Source: Octopus vulgaris
Lineage: Eukaryota
NCBI GenBank assembly: GCA_951406725.2
Contig: OX597819.1
Location: 5,518,001-5,582,000 of the forward strand
Direction of reading: 5' to 3'
Length of the DNA stretch: 64,000 nucleotides
Both the position numbers and the translations under genes were made by a program. This document shows, one piece after another, positions 24,891-38,604 of this stretch. Every line of letters begins with the position of its first letter. Positions within the stretch are counted from its first letter, which is position 1. Below the pieces are notes generated by a model that searched no databases, was not told the DNA's origin, and saw only the letters and a list, made by a program, of their open reading frames with translations.

Positions 24891-27800
24891 TCTCTCTTCC
24901 CAATATTCACCGAAATTATGTTCGTTGCTGTTATGCAAAAGTGTCGTAAGTCCAAAACGTTACTTTTTCAGAAAACGAAAAAAACATAATTTCCCCATTC
25001 CATAGGAAAACCGTTGTACTACACTTTGACAATTGTTGTTATCTTGGCATCTGAAGCAGCCGGAGATACGGTAGTTTGACCAAAAGAAACGGCTATTGCA
25101 AGCAAAAATGAAAACAAGAAAAAAACCCCCCAAAAAACGTATTTAGCCAAATTTGGACATGCGACAGTTTAACATAATAGCAACGATATGTATCTGAAGT
25201 AGACGGATTTAGAAAATTATCAGAATTTGACATATCTTTCTTCCAAAAATCTCTCTTGAATTTCAACTAAATTACTCGGCTTTATTTCAAAGTATTTAGA
25301 TTGTTTCGCTTCCATATATCTATCTACTAAGCTTCAAGCAAACTTTTTGAATTAGTTAGTTCATGTAGTTCACGGTGTGTAAAATCTAGTCAGCAAATTC
25401 AGCGTAGAGATTCTTGTAGTAATGCTAGTCAAAATTGTGAGAAAGCAATTACTTAATGCTGTATTAGTTGTAATTCTTCTTCGCCTCACCTCCTTCTGCC
25501 CCTCAGTCTTTTTGAAAGATCACTCACGACTTTTACCGAAATTATATCATTTTCTTTGTATACTTCTGTTTGTTCCCCGCATTCTTTTTTTCTTTCTTTC
25601 TATCTCATAGTTAATCCCATTTGATAGTTTCCCCATATAAGCTAGGGTCACAATTTATCAAACATAGATCTTATTACGTTGTATTTTATAATTAAAAAAC
25701 GTTTTTACACAACGAATTCTCGTGGCTTCTACTATTTCGTCACTTATTGAGAATATTTGAAGGATATAAAATCTGCATTGTCATAAAACAATCGTATCCA
25801 AGAGAAACGAATCCATATAATCATATATGCCATATACATAAGTTTTCATATATATAAAAGCAAATATTTATTTAGCTAAATACACAAACAGTTAATGATG
25901 AAGGGATAAAAAAAAGAAAAGAAAAGAAAAATTATAATTCACACTTGAAAAATTGAAAAAACATTAATTGTGAATTTCTGGTGTAAAATATCGTTATATT
26001 CCTTAAGTCTGCTGGTGCCTAATTGTATATCGACCGCTAATTTCAGTATCTGTTTAACAGAATCTCCAAGAAAGTCTGCAGTTTCCCTAAAATTACTGTT
26101 TGAATGGAGAATAGTGCACAAATCTAGAAATTTATTTATTTGTCCTTTTGTAAGCACAAAAATCGGTCTACACGAAGTCAGTAACAACCACTTGTACACA
26201 TTTGCTTACGTGTATTACGTGTAAATATTGGTAAATAGGCAACTGTCTTTGAAAGTCCTTTGGATCACAAGGGTTGGTTATCACTGATTTAATAATTCAC
26301 CTGTCTTATACAACGCTTGTTTACCACCGGTGACTATACTACGGGTTACTTTCTCTCATAGACATTTGAGCTGAATGGTATGTAATTAGGTTTACTGATT
26401 ATAAAATGTCTGCAGTAAATAGCAACTTATGATTCATAAACTGGTTGCTCAAAGCTTTATAATTCTGCAATTTTTGCTTCGTAGGTTTCCCATAACTGAA
26501 TATCAACAACAATTGTCTAATGTATTACAAACTTTGCCACCCACATTGTCTATATTTATTTTTGTAACAGTGCTAAACCCTGAACCTTATATTATAAAAC
26601 AATTGTGATAAAAACACCTACAAAATGTTATCAAATTAACTAAAATCGCTTTAATCTATACATACATCTCCTCTACAAGTTATGGGCGTGGCCCTTACTA
26701 TCTGGTTGGCTGTATATTATGATATTAGATCTTTGTTACAGACGTTTACGATACTTTGCAAACTGTTCTCCCAGCATAAAGGTACAGTCAGATCTGTTTT
26801 GTTAGATGTTACATGTGTTTTTTTCTTCAGCAGGAAGGTTATCTTTGATCTGCTGCCAACGTAGCATTTAACATCATTCTTGAAGAAGGCAGTTTCGCTC
26901 AACAAACACGTTTCCATTAGGAGAAAAAAAAAACCCAAAGCAGAGCAAATAAAAAATAAAACAAACAACTCCCACCGCACAAAAAATTTCTGATAATAAA
27001 AAAAATGATTGAAAACATTTTTCTTTGATGGTACTATACATGGCAGTGGTTAATTTTCTTTTTTGTTACTTAAAATAACTATTCGTAATCCAAGTCGAGG
27101 CATCTATAATCAAAATGGCAAAGTGGAGCGGTTGGGTCACCAGCTAATAAGGATAGAGTGATTTAAACGCCATTAATTAATGTTAAAGTTGTGGCCTAAC
27201 AATATTCAGAAACTGACATAAATAGACTATGTTCCTTAATCTATATATTGACAGAAATAAGTAACTGTGTCTTTTAATTCTCTCTTTACCAAAGTATAGA
27301 AGCCTACACTTAAATATTCAACTATCAGGACACAAATCTCTCTCTCCATCACTCTCTCTCTCTCTATATATATATATATACTGTTAGATAAGACGAATGG
27401 TATATATATATATGTATGTGTGTGTGTGTGTGTGTGTGTATGTAGTTTTAATCGAGACGAAGTTGATAAACCAAGAATGACATGATTTTGATTCCTGGGG
27501 AATATTGATTTGCTAAAATCCATCAGAAAGACATAAATATGACACAGTATTTTTCTTCTTCTCTTCTAGTTCAGAAAACCGACTCAGTTGCTTTACTCAC
27601 ATCGTAAATGACTTTTTGAAAAGCTATGAGCGTGATAAACTCTTGTTTCTCCTCTGAAGTATTTCTCTGTAAAAGATTTTGTAGCAAGAGATATGCTATC
27701 GGAAATTCAAATTGGCGAACTGATTTCCTCTTCGTTAACTCCGTAAATTTTCATATCATGAATTAATCAATATTTATTATCATTGAACAGATACAAACTG

Positions 27801-28137
27801 TCACGTAAAATAGTGTCTGTGATATTGGTTTCAAATGTTGGCACAAGGCCAGCAGGTTCGTGGAAAGGATTAAGTCGATTACATTGACCCCAGTACTCAA
27901 CTGATACTTATGTTATCGACCCTGAAAGGGATAAAAGGCAAAGTCGACTTCGACGGAATTTGAACTCAGAACGAAAAGATGGGGCGAAATGCCGATAAAC
28001 ATTTTTCCCAGTGTGCTAATGTTTCTGCCAATGAACCGCCTTGCTGTGATATATAAATATTAAATCTTTGTTTCAATAATTTATGTTGAGGGATAGAACT
28101 GGTAAAATAGAACCGTATAGTGAGTACTTCTATCATG

Positions 28138-28491
28138 GTGGAGGCGCAATGGCCCAGTGGTTAGGGCAGCGGACTCGCGGTTTCGATTCCCAGACCGGGC
28201 GTTGTGAGTGTTTATTGAGTGAAAACACCCAAAGCTCCACGAGGCTCCGGCAGGGGATGGTGGTGATCCCTGCTGTACTCTTTCACCACAACTTTCTCTC
28301 ACTCTTACTTCCTGTTTCTGTTGTACCTGTATTTCAAAGGGCCGGCCTTGTCACTCTCTGTGTCACTGCGTTAAGGGTACACGTGACTGTGGAGTGCTCG
28401 GCCACTTACACGTTAATTTCACGAGCAGGCTGTTCCGTTGACTCGGATCAACCGGAACCCTCATCGTCGTAACCGACGGAGTGCTTCCACC
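28138..28491 (+). mobile_element. SINE family B
   Basis: 12-bp TSD ACTTCTATCATG (28126-28137, 28492-28503). Confidence 0.92.
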
Positions 28492-29121
28492 ACTTCTATC
28501 ATGCTACACACCCGTACGTAGGACGACATGAACGAAACACTCTCCAAGCAGCACTTTTGATGGTTACAGTGGTGAAACGCCTCATCTTATTCCTTTATAT
28601 CTAGGTGAACTGGATTATTAAAATTTAAAAATCGACTGTCATTGTAGCTAATGACTTTATAATACTTCATAATACTTCAAAATTTAAAAATTCTGTCTAC
28701 TTGTGCCTTGATTTGGCTTTAAAATTATTTTAATTGACCCCATTTATTTTTGCTTCAAAGATGGTTGTTGCCCTAAAAACTTTCAGAGGGCGTTAACAGT
28801 AAAATGTAAAAGTTTTTGGAACATTTCAAGTCACTCTTAAATACTGTTATTATACTAATCGAGTTGTTTAAATTTGCCTCTATTCTTTTGATAGTATTTT
28901 AGTTGAAACTAAAGGTCAACGCCTCGACGCAACACAATAGGTTGTATTTTGCATTTATAGTTTATCCTCTCATGCTCACCAAGTGAAACGATCTCAAATA
29001 GTTAGCTATAGTTTTTTTTATGTGTCCTATTACAGCTAGTTCTCTGCATATTAAAGAGGTTATGATAAGGTCTCGTATGCAGCGCTGTTAAAACCTCACA
29101 AAAGTCTCTTCGTTTTATTGC

Positions 29122-29446
29122 GGAACTCCGTCGGTTACGACGGCGTGGGTTCCAGTTGATCCGAACAACTGAACAGCCTTCTCGTGAAATTAGCGTGTAA
29201 GTGGCTGAGCACTCCACAGACACGTGTACCCTTAACGTAGTTCTCGGGGATATTCAGCGTGACACAGAGTGTGACAAGCCTGGCCCTTCGAAATACAGGT
29301 ACAACAGAAAGAGTGAGAGAAAGTTGTGGTGAAGCCTCAGGTGTTTTCGCTCACTAAACACTCACAACGCCCGGTCTGGGGGATCGAAACCGCGATCCTA
29401 CGACAGCAAGTCCACTGCCCTAACCACTGGGCCATTGTACCTCTAC
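29122..29446 (-). mobile_element. SINE family B
   Basis: Reverse complement of family B. Confidence 0.88.
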
Positions 29447-30979
29447 CTTCATTGTATAGCCTTGTATAAATATATACATAAAAACCCTACATGATTCTAA
29501 ACGAGAATTGTCAAAATAGTGGGGGGACTATGTGAGGGCCAAGCGACTCCCAAGAGAATTAGCAACGTTATGGTAATAACTGAAGTTGGGAAAACACTGG
29601 TTCACAATAGTGTTCACTTACATTGGCGCGCACCTCAGATTTGTTGGGTAGGAGTAAAGTTAGTTGAATCTACCCAAGAACATACTCAGGACATATTCTG
29701 TTAATGGCAGAAGGATTTGAACTCAGAATGCAAAGAGAGAAAATTAGTTCAGCATTTCATTGGTTTTCTCCACTCTTTCTCCCCAGTAATAATCGTTTCT
29801 GATTTAACCACAGGGCCAGCAATTATAGGGAGAAGTAGTCAGTAGATTTAAATCGACCCTTGTATTTGACTGATGCTTTACTTTGTTGATCCTAAAAGGA
29901 CGAAAAGGACCTTGACTGGATTTAAACTCAGAACTTAAAGATCAAGAACAAAAATGAATATCGCGAGACATCATTTTTCAACTGAAGACGCATAAAAGCA
30001 AAACATATCTAGCCTCAATAAAACAAGTACAATGATAGTGAAAAAAAGTTTGCTAAATTGCGGTAAAATTTGCCAAACAGCTACAGATAAGTAATGCACA
30101 CAAGAATGTATGTTGTCCAACAAGAGAAGAGGAGGCAGGTGAAGCAATAAGTCAACCCGATTGTGAAATGAAGTTTTGAAGTTGGCCGAAAAAGCTATAA
30201 CGAAATGAATAAATAAAAACGTTCAAGTGACGGTTAAAGATGGGCTACGAAAGAAGTAAACAATAAAATTGAAATAAAAATTCTTTAAAAACTGTTGCAG
30301 TCGGATAGCATAATATAATTCAGAAATGACTTGAAACAAGTTCATTTAAGGAACTAAATGAAACCATTATAATAATCTGTTTGAAGCATTTTTAAAATAA
30401 TAGTTAGGAGGAATAGACTGTGTCCATGGGCTTTGCATTCCATCCGATATTAGTCAGATTTTTATGGTTGATTTTCATTTTGAACTGCTGCAAGTCGATG
30501 TATTTTACATCGTCATGTAAATTTATGGAAATAGCAGCCAAACACCCTCTTATTATATCCTATTGTGTTTTAAATGAATAAAACTTTACATTATATAGTC
30601 TTACAAAGTCCCAGAAAGATGGAATGGTTTGTGTTGCGGTGTCTTAAATTACAAGTCTGTTCGATCAAAGTAGATTTAGGACTAAACAATAACAACAATA
30701 TAAGCTTGAAGGAAATTCCAGTAAGTGATGTTCTGAGGTGGAAAGGTATTCGTGGTTAATGCCAGGTTTGAGAAAGAAGACAGGTTGAGCGAGGAGAGAA
30801 GAGACAGGAAATACTTCTCATTAAAAAGCAAACAATTAAATCATTAGGAAAAGCCGAATCCACTGCACACTTCTTAATAGCTTATTTATATTTAGTGTAG
30901 AGGATGAGGTAAATTAAGTTTAAATGAGAACACGTAGATGAAATGAAATTAAGTTTATTGTTCGTGTAGTAAGCTACGA

Positions 30980-31540
30980 CTCTGGTCAAGATCTGAGATC
31001 CGACGCATCACCAAAGTACGGATCTACCAAGCACTAGTGCGAACGATTCTCCTTTACGGCAGCGAGTCATGGCCGATGAAGGTGGAAGATATTAAGCGAC
31101 TAGAATCCTTCGATCACCTCTGTCTACGCCGTATCCTTCGTGTCCGATGGCATCACTTTGCCTCCAACAATTCGGTGCGACACCAGTGCAGAATCACCTC
31201 CCTCCGACAAGTCATCCTAACGAGACGTCTGCGTTGGCTGGGTCATGCCCTCCGTCGTCAACCATCTACGAAGCAATTGCCCCAGCTCCCCTTCAGGGTT
31301 GGCGAAAGTGATGTGGTGGACAGCGAAAAACCTGGCTGATGACGGTCAAGGCTGGTCTTGAACCCAACCTAGGCCCCCATATCTACGGCGTTCGCCGCTG
31401 GAATAAGGAGTGGTTGGAGATCACGCGGCCGTTAGCCTCAAATCGCCAGGTCTGGTCGGCGTTTGTGAGAGATACAGCATTGAGGATGAATGAAGCCAGC
31501 TCAACCCACCCCGGGTGAATGCTGTCTCAAGACAAAGAAA
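30980..31540 (+). mobile_element. RTE-clade LINE 3' end (5'-truncated)
   Basis: TKVRIYQALVRTILLYGSESWP...CLRRIL...RRLRWLGHALRR...GGQRKTW...YGVRRWNKEW; CTACGA on both flanks. Confidence 0.9.
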
Positions 31541-31555
31541 ACTACGAATTCTTAC

Positions 31556-31767
31556 ATTCTCTCGATTTCCTGTAATCCAGACCGCCTCATGGTTCCAGCA
31601 GACAAAATGGAAAAGGTGTTGCCGGAGAAGATGGCGAGGGGAGATGCGCTGGAACAGTCACTCTGACTCACGGGGCTCGCACTTGCAGATAACCATCTCC
31701 CAATTCCCGCGATAGCAATGAGCAGGGATATGGTCCGGGGCGGAATCAAGACAGAATCAAAACAATA
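31556..31767 (-). CDS. Candidate host exon (212 bp); possible start codon at 31590
   Basis: GC-rich island not matching local repeats; TCCTTTTAACCAG acceptor, AT|GTAAGA donor; one frame open throughout; ACCATGA context. Confidence 0.45.
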
Positions 31768-31893
31768 CTGGTTAAAAGGAATTACTAGTACATAGTTGGG
31801 CATTTAAATCCATCCAGCGTCGACTTTACTTGTGATCCCTCAGTGGACATTAAAATAAGTACTAATAATATATTTTTTTCTGTTGTCTCATAA

Positions 31894-33961
31894 CACTGGA
31901 CAACAAAGATTTTGCTTCTGGGGTAAAAGCAGGTGTTTTAGACTAAATCGTGGATGCTGATTCCAAATCCGCACTCAGAATTGTTCTAGCACGTCAGGAT
32001 TTTGAGTGATGTGCATGCGCAAAATTATAACTATACTTTCGGCTAGATGTAGGCCGTATTATAAAATTTGCTAAATTGAAAGCGGTCTTAATTCAAAATT
32101 AAAGAAATAACAGCAATAAAACAAACGATGACAAAGTTCATTATTTAGTTTAGCAATAGATGGCGCTGACGTAGTGTGTGCAAATCCCAAATACGTCAGT
32201 TTGTTCTTGGTAACTCTCAGTGTCATTTGTGCTGCCATCACGGGTAGCATGTGTATCGCTCGCTCTGCGTGATTACTGCTTTAACTGTGTTCCCTGTGTA
32301 GGATCATGAACAGGAGAGGCTGTGTGAATCACTCAGACAACTTCCATTAAGTATGTGGAAAATTTGCTCCGCGTGACCAGCGGAGGAACATTGTCACTAA
32401 ATTAAAAACTGCCTGTAAATATTATTTCGGGTGTAAAGTGGGGACCAAGACAACAGGTGGGCACCTCATATATGCTGCACCGTGTGTTGCTCGGGGTTTA
32501 CACAGTGGCTGAATGGAAAACGGAAGGGAATGCCTTTTGCATGAGCCAACCAATCATGTCTCTGATTGTTAGTTTTGCATGACTAATACTAGTGGTTTCT
32601 CAAAGAAGACCAAAGCAAAAATTGTGTATGCAGATTGTAAGTTGGCTCTAAAACCTTTCCCACGTGACTTCGAGAACCCTGTCCCATTTCCCTCTCACAT
32701 GCTTCACTTGAGAATCTTGACATGTCGCACGATGAAATCCCTGACTCTCCTGTCGACGTACGTAGATGATTCTAAGAAAAATGAGCCAGGCTAGTTTAAT
32801 CAAGAAGATTTGAACGATTTAATAAGAGAGTTAGCATTGTCAAAGGCGAGGGTAGAAGTTTTGGGATCCAAAGCACAACAACGGAATCTCCTACAGCTAG
32901 GTACGAAAATTTCCATTTTCCGCTCCCGCAATCTGTCTTTTTCAAGCAAGAAAATAATGCTCGTTTCTGTACTGACGTCAATGCACTCATGCAAAAACTA
33001 GGACACGTGCATATGGCTAACGAATGGAGATTGTTTATAGACTCGAGTAAGGTTAGCCTCAAAGTTACATAATGATTATGAGAAACCTTCCATTCCTGTG
33101 CGTCATGCTGTCGGTATGGAAGAAAATTATGAATCGATGGAACTCTTTCTGAAAGGAGTTAATTACTCAGTTCACAAGTGAAATATTTGTGGTGATTTAA
33201 AGGTGATTTCTCTCCTCCTGGGACTGCAGCTAGGATATACCAAAAATATGTGCCTCTTGTGTGTTTGGAACAGCCGCGACGACAGCAATCATTACACTGT
33301 AAAAGACTTGTCTAAAAGAGATTAGCGCATAGTTGGTCGGTACAATGTGCAGCATATGCCACTGGTAGACTCGTAAAAGACCTTCCTTCCACCCCTTCAC
33401 ATCAAACTCGGCCTTATGAAAAACTCCGTAAAAGCAATGACACACGATGGTTGTGGATTCCAGTACCTAAAAGTAAAAGTTGGTACAGAGAAAAGCGACG
33501 CAAAACTGAAAGCAGGCATTTTCACTGGACCCGAGATCGGAGAATTGATATCTGATGTAAACTGAATTCGGTTGAGCTGACAGCACAGGATTCATTTATG
33601 TTAGTTGTACAAAACTTTCTTAGAGATCATAGAGTTGAAAACTATGCTGATTTAATAAGCAACATGCTAAAAGCGTGCGAAAGAGTGAGATGTCGAATGT
33701 CCCTTAAAATGTTCTTCTTGCATTCTCATCTCGATTTTTTTCCCAATGAATCTTGGTGCTGTTCGTGATTATCTACCTTGAACTTAACTATTCCTGATTC
33801 TAATATAGTATTAATGTATAATTATGCGCAAAACTCAAAACCCTGACGTGCTACAGCAATTCTGAGTTCAGATTCGGAATCAGCGTACTCGATTTAGTCT
33901 AGTACGGTACCATTTGTCTGGGTAGCAGACAATAAATCTTTTGTTTTTTGTTGCCCACTGG
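31894..33961 (+). mobile_element. Chapaev3 (CMC) DNA transposon with pseudogenised transposase (~32306-33770)
   Basis: TAA|CACTGG left end, long imperfect inverted ends, TAA right flank; WAPHICC, EWRLFIDSSKVSLK, ICGDLKVISLLLGLQLGYTK, PPLHIKLGLMKN, FLHSHLDFFP motifs. Confidence 0.9.
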
Positions 33962-35364
33962 TAATCAATGCAGAGGAGTCTCCACTGTTTGGTTTATTAT
34001 TTATTTTATATCGCAAATAGTAAACAATAACGTCGTTAGTAACAGGTTGCTACCTGAAAATTTCAAGCTCACTGCACTTCTGGCGAAGTGAGTGTCTGTG
34101 AATTGGTGCAGCACAATTATCGCCAAGTACTTTGTCAATCTACTTGCCTTTGTGTCTTTTACATCGGTAAAAGACGCACATACACCCTCGCACCCCATAT
34201 ATGATGGGATTCTGCACAGATTCCAGCTACTAAATCCCGCCTCATAAGATATTAATCAACTCGAGTTTTACAGAAGACACTTTCTCATGTAGTTGCGAAG
34301 CGGATTTTTAATTACGCCATTACTCTCATATGCTCAATCGATAGTGATAAATCCTTGTTTTTAAATCCAGATTGATAAATTTTTGTTTCACAGAAGAGGA
34401 ATTGAAATGGTATTTTTCCTTAAATTAATTTATTCTTTATATAACAGAATTAATATCAATTATCCTGATACTTGTGCCTTTCTATTCCTGTTTCTTATTC
34501 ACAAAAGAAAATTGCCTTTTGGACTGTTACATCATATTGGTCGTGGGCGAAGACTCGCTTCAATCAACTAAAGTCATTTAGCTGACGGGAACAAACACAT
34601 TGTTTTTACCCGTTTCATGCTGTCAATTGTGGCGATACTGGGAGGTTAGGTTCAGCTGGGAGTAGATTTGTTATTCACAACAGATATCTGACCTAAGAAC
34701 AAATGCATGGTGAAGTTAAATGTTTATCCTTTTTATTAAGCCATTCATTCTGCTTATAACCTTTTACCTTGGCCACGTTTGCCACGTCCGCCTTTCGTGG
34801 TTTGTGAAGAAAATGCTCTGTTAACCTAAATTTTTCTTCGTCAGATATGCCAAATGCCGAGGAGTTGTGTTAAGTAGATTAAAAAACACTGAGTTATATT
34901 TTGGAAGCCGATATAAGGAATATAAAGGAAGAAAATGGGATCAAATGGGATTAACTATAAGATAGAAAGAAAGAAAAAAAGAATGCGGGGAACAAAACAG
35001 AAGTATACAAAGAAAATGATATAACTTCGGTAGAAGTCGTGAGTGATCTTTCAAAAGGACCGAGGGGCAGAAGGAGGTGAGGCGAAGAAGAAGAAGGAGA
35101 AGCTAAATAGAGGTGAAGTAGGAGGAAATCAAATATGAAAGGATACTATAAAATGTCTTGAATATTGAGCGATAGAAAAAACATGCGTTGTTTGAGGTTA
35201 CATTTCTGTAATACCACAACACAGAACTCACTTGTTAACAATATGGCTGCGATAATGAATGTACGTATATATTTATGTATTTATTTTTTTGGGTGGAGTA
35301 CGAAACACGTCTTTTTCACTTGCTATGGATGAAATTCTCTGGAGATGGAGAGATCTGATTTCTT

Positions 35365-35423
<59 letters not shown>

Positions 35424-35979
35424 TGCTTCTTTTTTATTTCTTTCGTTTGAATTTAAATAGGGTTTTTCTGTCAGTTCTGTCGAGTAAGAAAAAAAAAACA
35501 ATAAAATTTCCTCTTCGAGAATTAATTTTGACGGTTTTCCTTTCGGTTTGATTTCTGCTTTATGTAATTTTTTAAAGAATCTATTAACTTTTTTTTTTGT
35601 CTCTGAAGGGATTTAATCATATGTTTGTAATTGCTTTTCACTTCGAACACACACGCACATACTCATACAAAACATTTGTCTTAGCAAAAATTAATTAAAA
35701 GAGAAGACCTAAAATGCGACTTTTTGTAAATTTGTCCATTCCCTCTCTGTTTTGTGCCATCATCAACGAAACTGATTTCAATTTTTCCGCTTTTCATATT
35801 TAGAACAAACACCAATTGTCAACTTGGATCGATAAAGAGTTTATTCGAAATATTGATTTATGTTTGATTACTACTTGAGATCCTATTTCATAGGATACAC
35901 ACTCGTTTATTTTTGAATAGAATATTGCATTTTCTTCTTTATGCAAACTGTCAAATTGAGCATGAATATATATATATTC

Positions 35980-36370
35980 TTTTGTTTGTTTCAGTCATTT
36001 GGCTGCGGTCATGCTGGAGCACCGCATCGTAGGATTTTAGTCGAACAAATCGACCCCAAGGCGTACTTTTTTTAAGCCTAGTACTTATTCTATCGGTATC
36101 TTTTGCGAGACCGCTAAGTTACGGGGACGTAACCACACTAACACTGATTGTCAAGTGGTGATGAGGGGATAAATATACACACACACACATACATACACAC
36201 ATACACACACGTATATACGATGGATTTCTTGCACTTTCCGTCTACCAAATCCATTCACAAGGCTTTTGGTCGGCCCGAGGCTTTGATAGAAGACATCTGG
36301 CCAAGGTGCCACGCAGTGGGACTGAACTCGGAACCATATGGTTAGGAAGCAAGCTTCTTACCACACACCC
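35980..36370 (-). mobile_element. SINE family A
   Basis: Reverse complement of family A. Confidence 0.85.
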
Positions 36371-36371
36371 A

Positions 36372-36403
<32 letters not shown>

Positions 36404-36728
36404 TATACAATCATATTTAATACGTTCGTGTACACTATGATGTGGAATGATCTTTGCTAAAGATTCGTCTTACAATGTATGAGAAGACACATCACTGGGG
36501 TATTAATGACGTCATCGGAACGAATTCGTCAGTCATAACTCATTAATGAAGATTAATGACGTAGAAGCGCATGCGCCTTACCGTCTGATGTCGTCATACT
36601 TATACCGTTGATGTGTTTTCACACACACGTTGTTTGTAAGGAGAACTTTCTCCCGGCACAATTTTCGCAGCGAATGTTTTTTCATGTCTGAACCTTTACT
36701 TTAAGTACGTGTCACATATATATAATTA

Positions 36729-37123
36729 CTAGCAATATCGCCCGGCGTTGCTCGGGCTTGTAAGGGAAATAACTATATAAGCATTTTTAGAGAGTTATAG
36801 CCAAAAAATAGCAAAAAAATGCATTAAAAATTGAAAAAAAATTAAGGTAAATTTTTTTTAAATCGTTGACACATCGTAGATATTTTTAGAGAGTTACTTC
36901 CCTTATATAAAAGCGAAAAAAATGCATTAAAATGGAAAAATATGATGGTAAATTTTTTTTAAATCGTAGACTCATCGTAGACGCACGCTAATACCCAGAA
37001 GGGCTCGATATGAATCACGACTATAAGATACCCGCTTTTGGTTAAACTGCACCGCAAAATGTGGGAGTAGTTAGGAATCTAAATCGTAGGAGACAGACAC
37101 ACAACTTCACTCTTATATAAAGA
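36729..37123 (-). mobile_element. Non-autonomous Helitron, same family as 20464-20858
   Basis: Shared termini and body. Confidence 0.85.
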
Positions 37124-37129
37124 TGCTTT

Positions 37130-37453
37130 TTTTTTTCAGTCATAGAGTTAGATTTATGAAGGTCTTCAGTAGAAAATCCTTCGAATTCTGACTCGCTGCT
37201 TGATATAATGAAATTCGTATCCATTTTTTGTCAGAATTACAAATTTTGAAAACACAATAGGAACAAATTTCGGAAAAAAATCTCCCATAATTCACGGAAT
37301 TAAAATTACACTTCGATTTTTGTACAAAACTGTAGTTGAAGTGTTTACGAAGTATAATACGTGTTTTCACGAATGTACTAAAGAGATTTGCTCTGATATT
37401 CTCATTTAAATATGAATAGGTAAATTCGGGCGGCTTGGTAACGAAAGGGTTAA
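37130..37453 (-). mobile_element. piggyBac-like terminal fragment
   Basis: Minus strand begins TTAA|CCCTTTCGTTACC; short acidic ORF start (SESEFEGFS). The other end was not identified. Confidence 0.45.
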
Positions 37454-38182
37454 ACGGATGCATACATTTATTAATCTCTTATTATAATAACTATATATAA
37501 GTGTCGTCTGTTTATACATAAACACTGTTCCATACTGCAATTATATATACATATATCTATATATAATATTATATAATAAAATATATACAGAGTAAAATAA
37601 AAACCAATTTACCTTTTCTATCCGTCCGTGTGTCTTTGCAAATGTGTTGGAATGATAAGTGAGTTGGGTTTTGGCGCCTTTTTTACTAATAACAAACACA
37701 CACGTGTTTGTATGTAGTTGTATGTGTATGTAGTTGTATGTAGTTGTATATGTATGTGTATGCGTGTGTGTGAGGAATGACACACACACACACTCACGCA
37801 CGCACACATGTACATCAATGCTTTCGGAGTGATATGTTAAAATATTGAGTTTTCTCGAATTTTGTCTTAATTGGGGGTGAAATTGAAAGAAATATATTAT
37901 GGCATGAGCGAATGGAGTACTTTGAAAAATCTTAGGTAAATTCTAATTGAAGAAATTGTGTGAGGAGTAAATGGTTATGTATTTATTTGTTTCTGTTTGC
38001 TGTGTTTTTTTATTTTTTGAGTAGTGGTTTAAATACTTTCAGTTTAGTCTTCCTCAAATCACTCTGTCGCTATTTACTTTCATTTTATTCGTTGCACACT
38101 GTGTGTGTGCGTTTGCGTGTGGTGTAAACCAGACTAAGAAAAGCATTTGACACACACACCAGAATGTGAGTTTTCTGTAAAT

Positions 38183-38502
38183 TTTGCTTAATTGGAGTTT
38201 AAATTTTAAAAACTGGACCTGGCATGACGCGATGCATTCTACTCTTAAAAATGCTAGGTAAATTGTAATTGAAGAAATCCTATATTGTAGATTTGTATAA
38301 CTCCCAAAGGGAGGCAGATAAAATCTGCCTTTTATAATATTTGCTTAATTGGAGTTTAAAATTTAAAAACTGGACCTGGCATGACGCGATGCATTCTACT
38401 CTTAAAAATGCTAGGTAAATTGTAATTGAAGAAATCCTATATTGTAGATTTCTATAACTCCCAAAGGGAGGCAGATAAAATCTGCCTTTTATAATAAGAG
38501 AT
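38183..38502 (-). repeat. 157-bp tandem duplication at a Helitron-like 5' end
   Basis: Two near-identical units; the right end reads ATCTCTTATTATAAAA on the minus strand; diverged third unit at ~37860-37960. Confidence 0.8.
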
Positions 38503-38604
38503 ACACATATATATTTTAGTCAATGCTACTTCGTTTGTCGCTAGTTAATACATACTCACACACACACGCACGCACGCACGGACGCACACACACAGCTGTA
38601 ATAA

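Noticed and set aside
25939-26980. Minus-strand ORFs 25939-26199 and 26717-26980
   Set aside because: Short, stop-bounded, no recognisable motif or consistent splice sites; possibly old TE debris.
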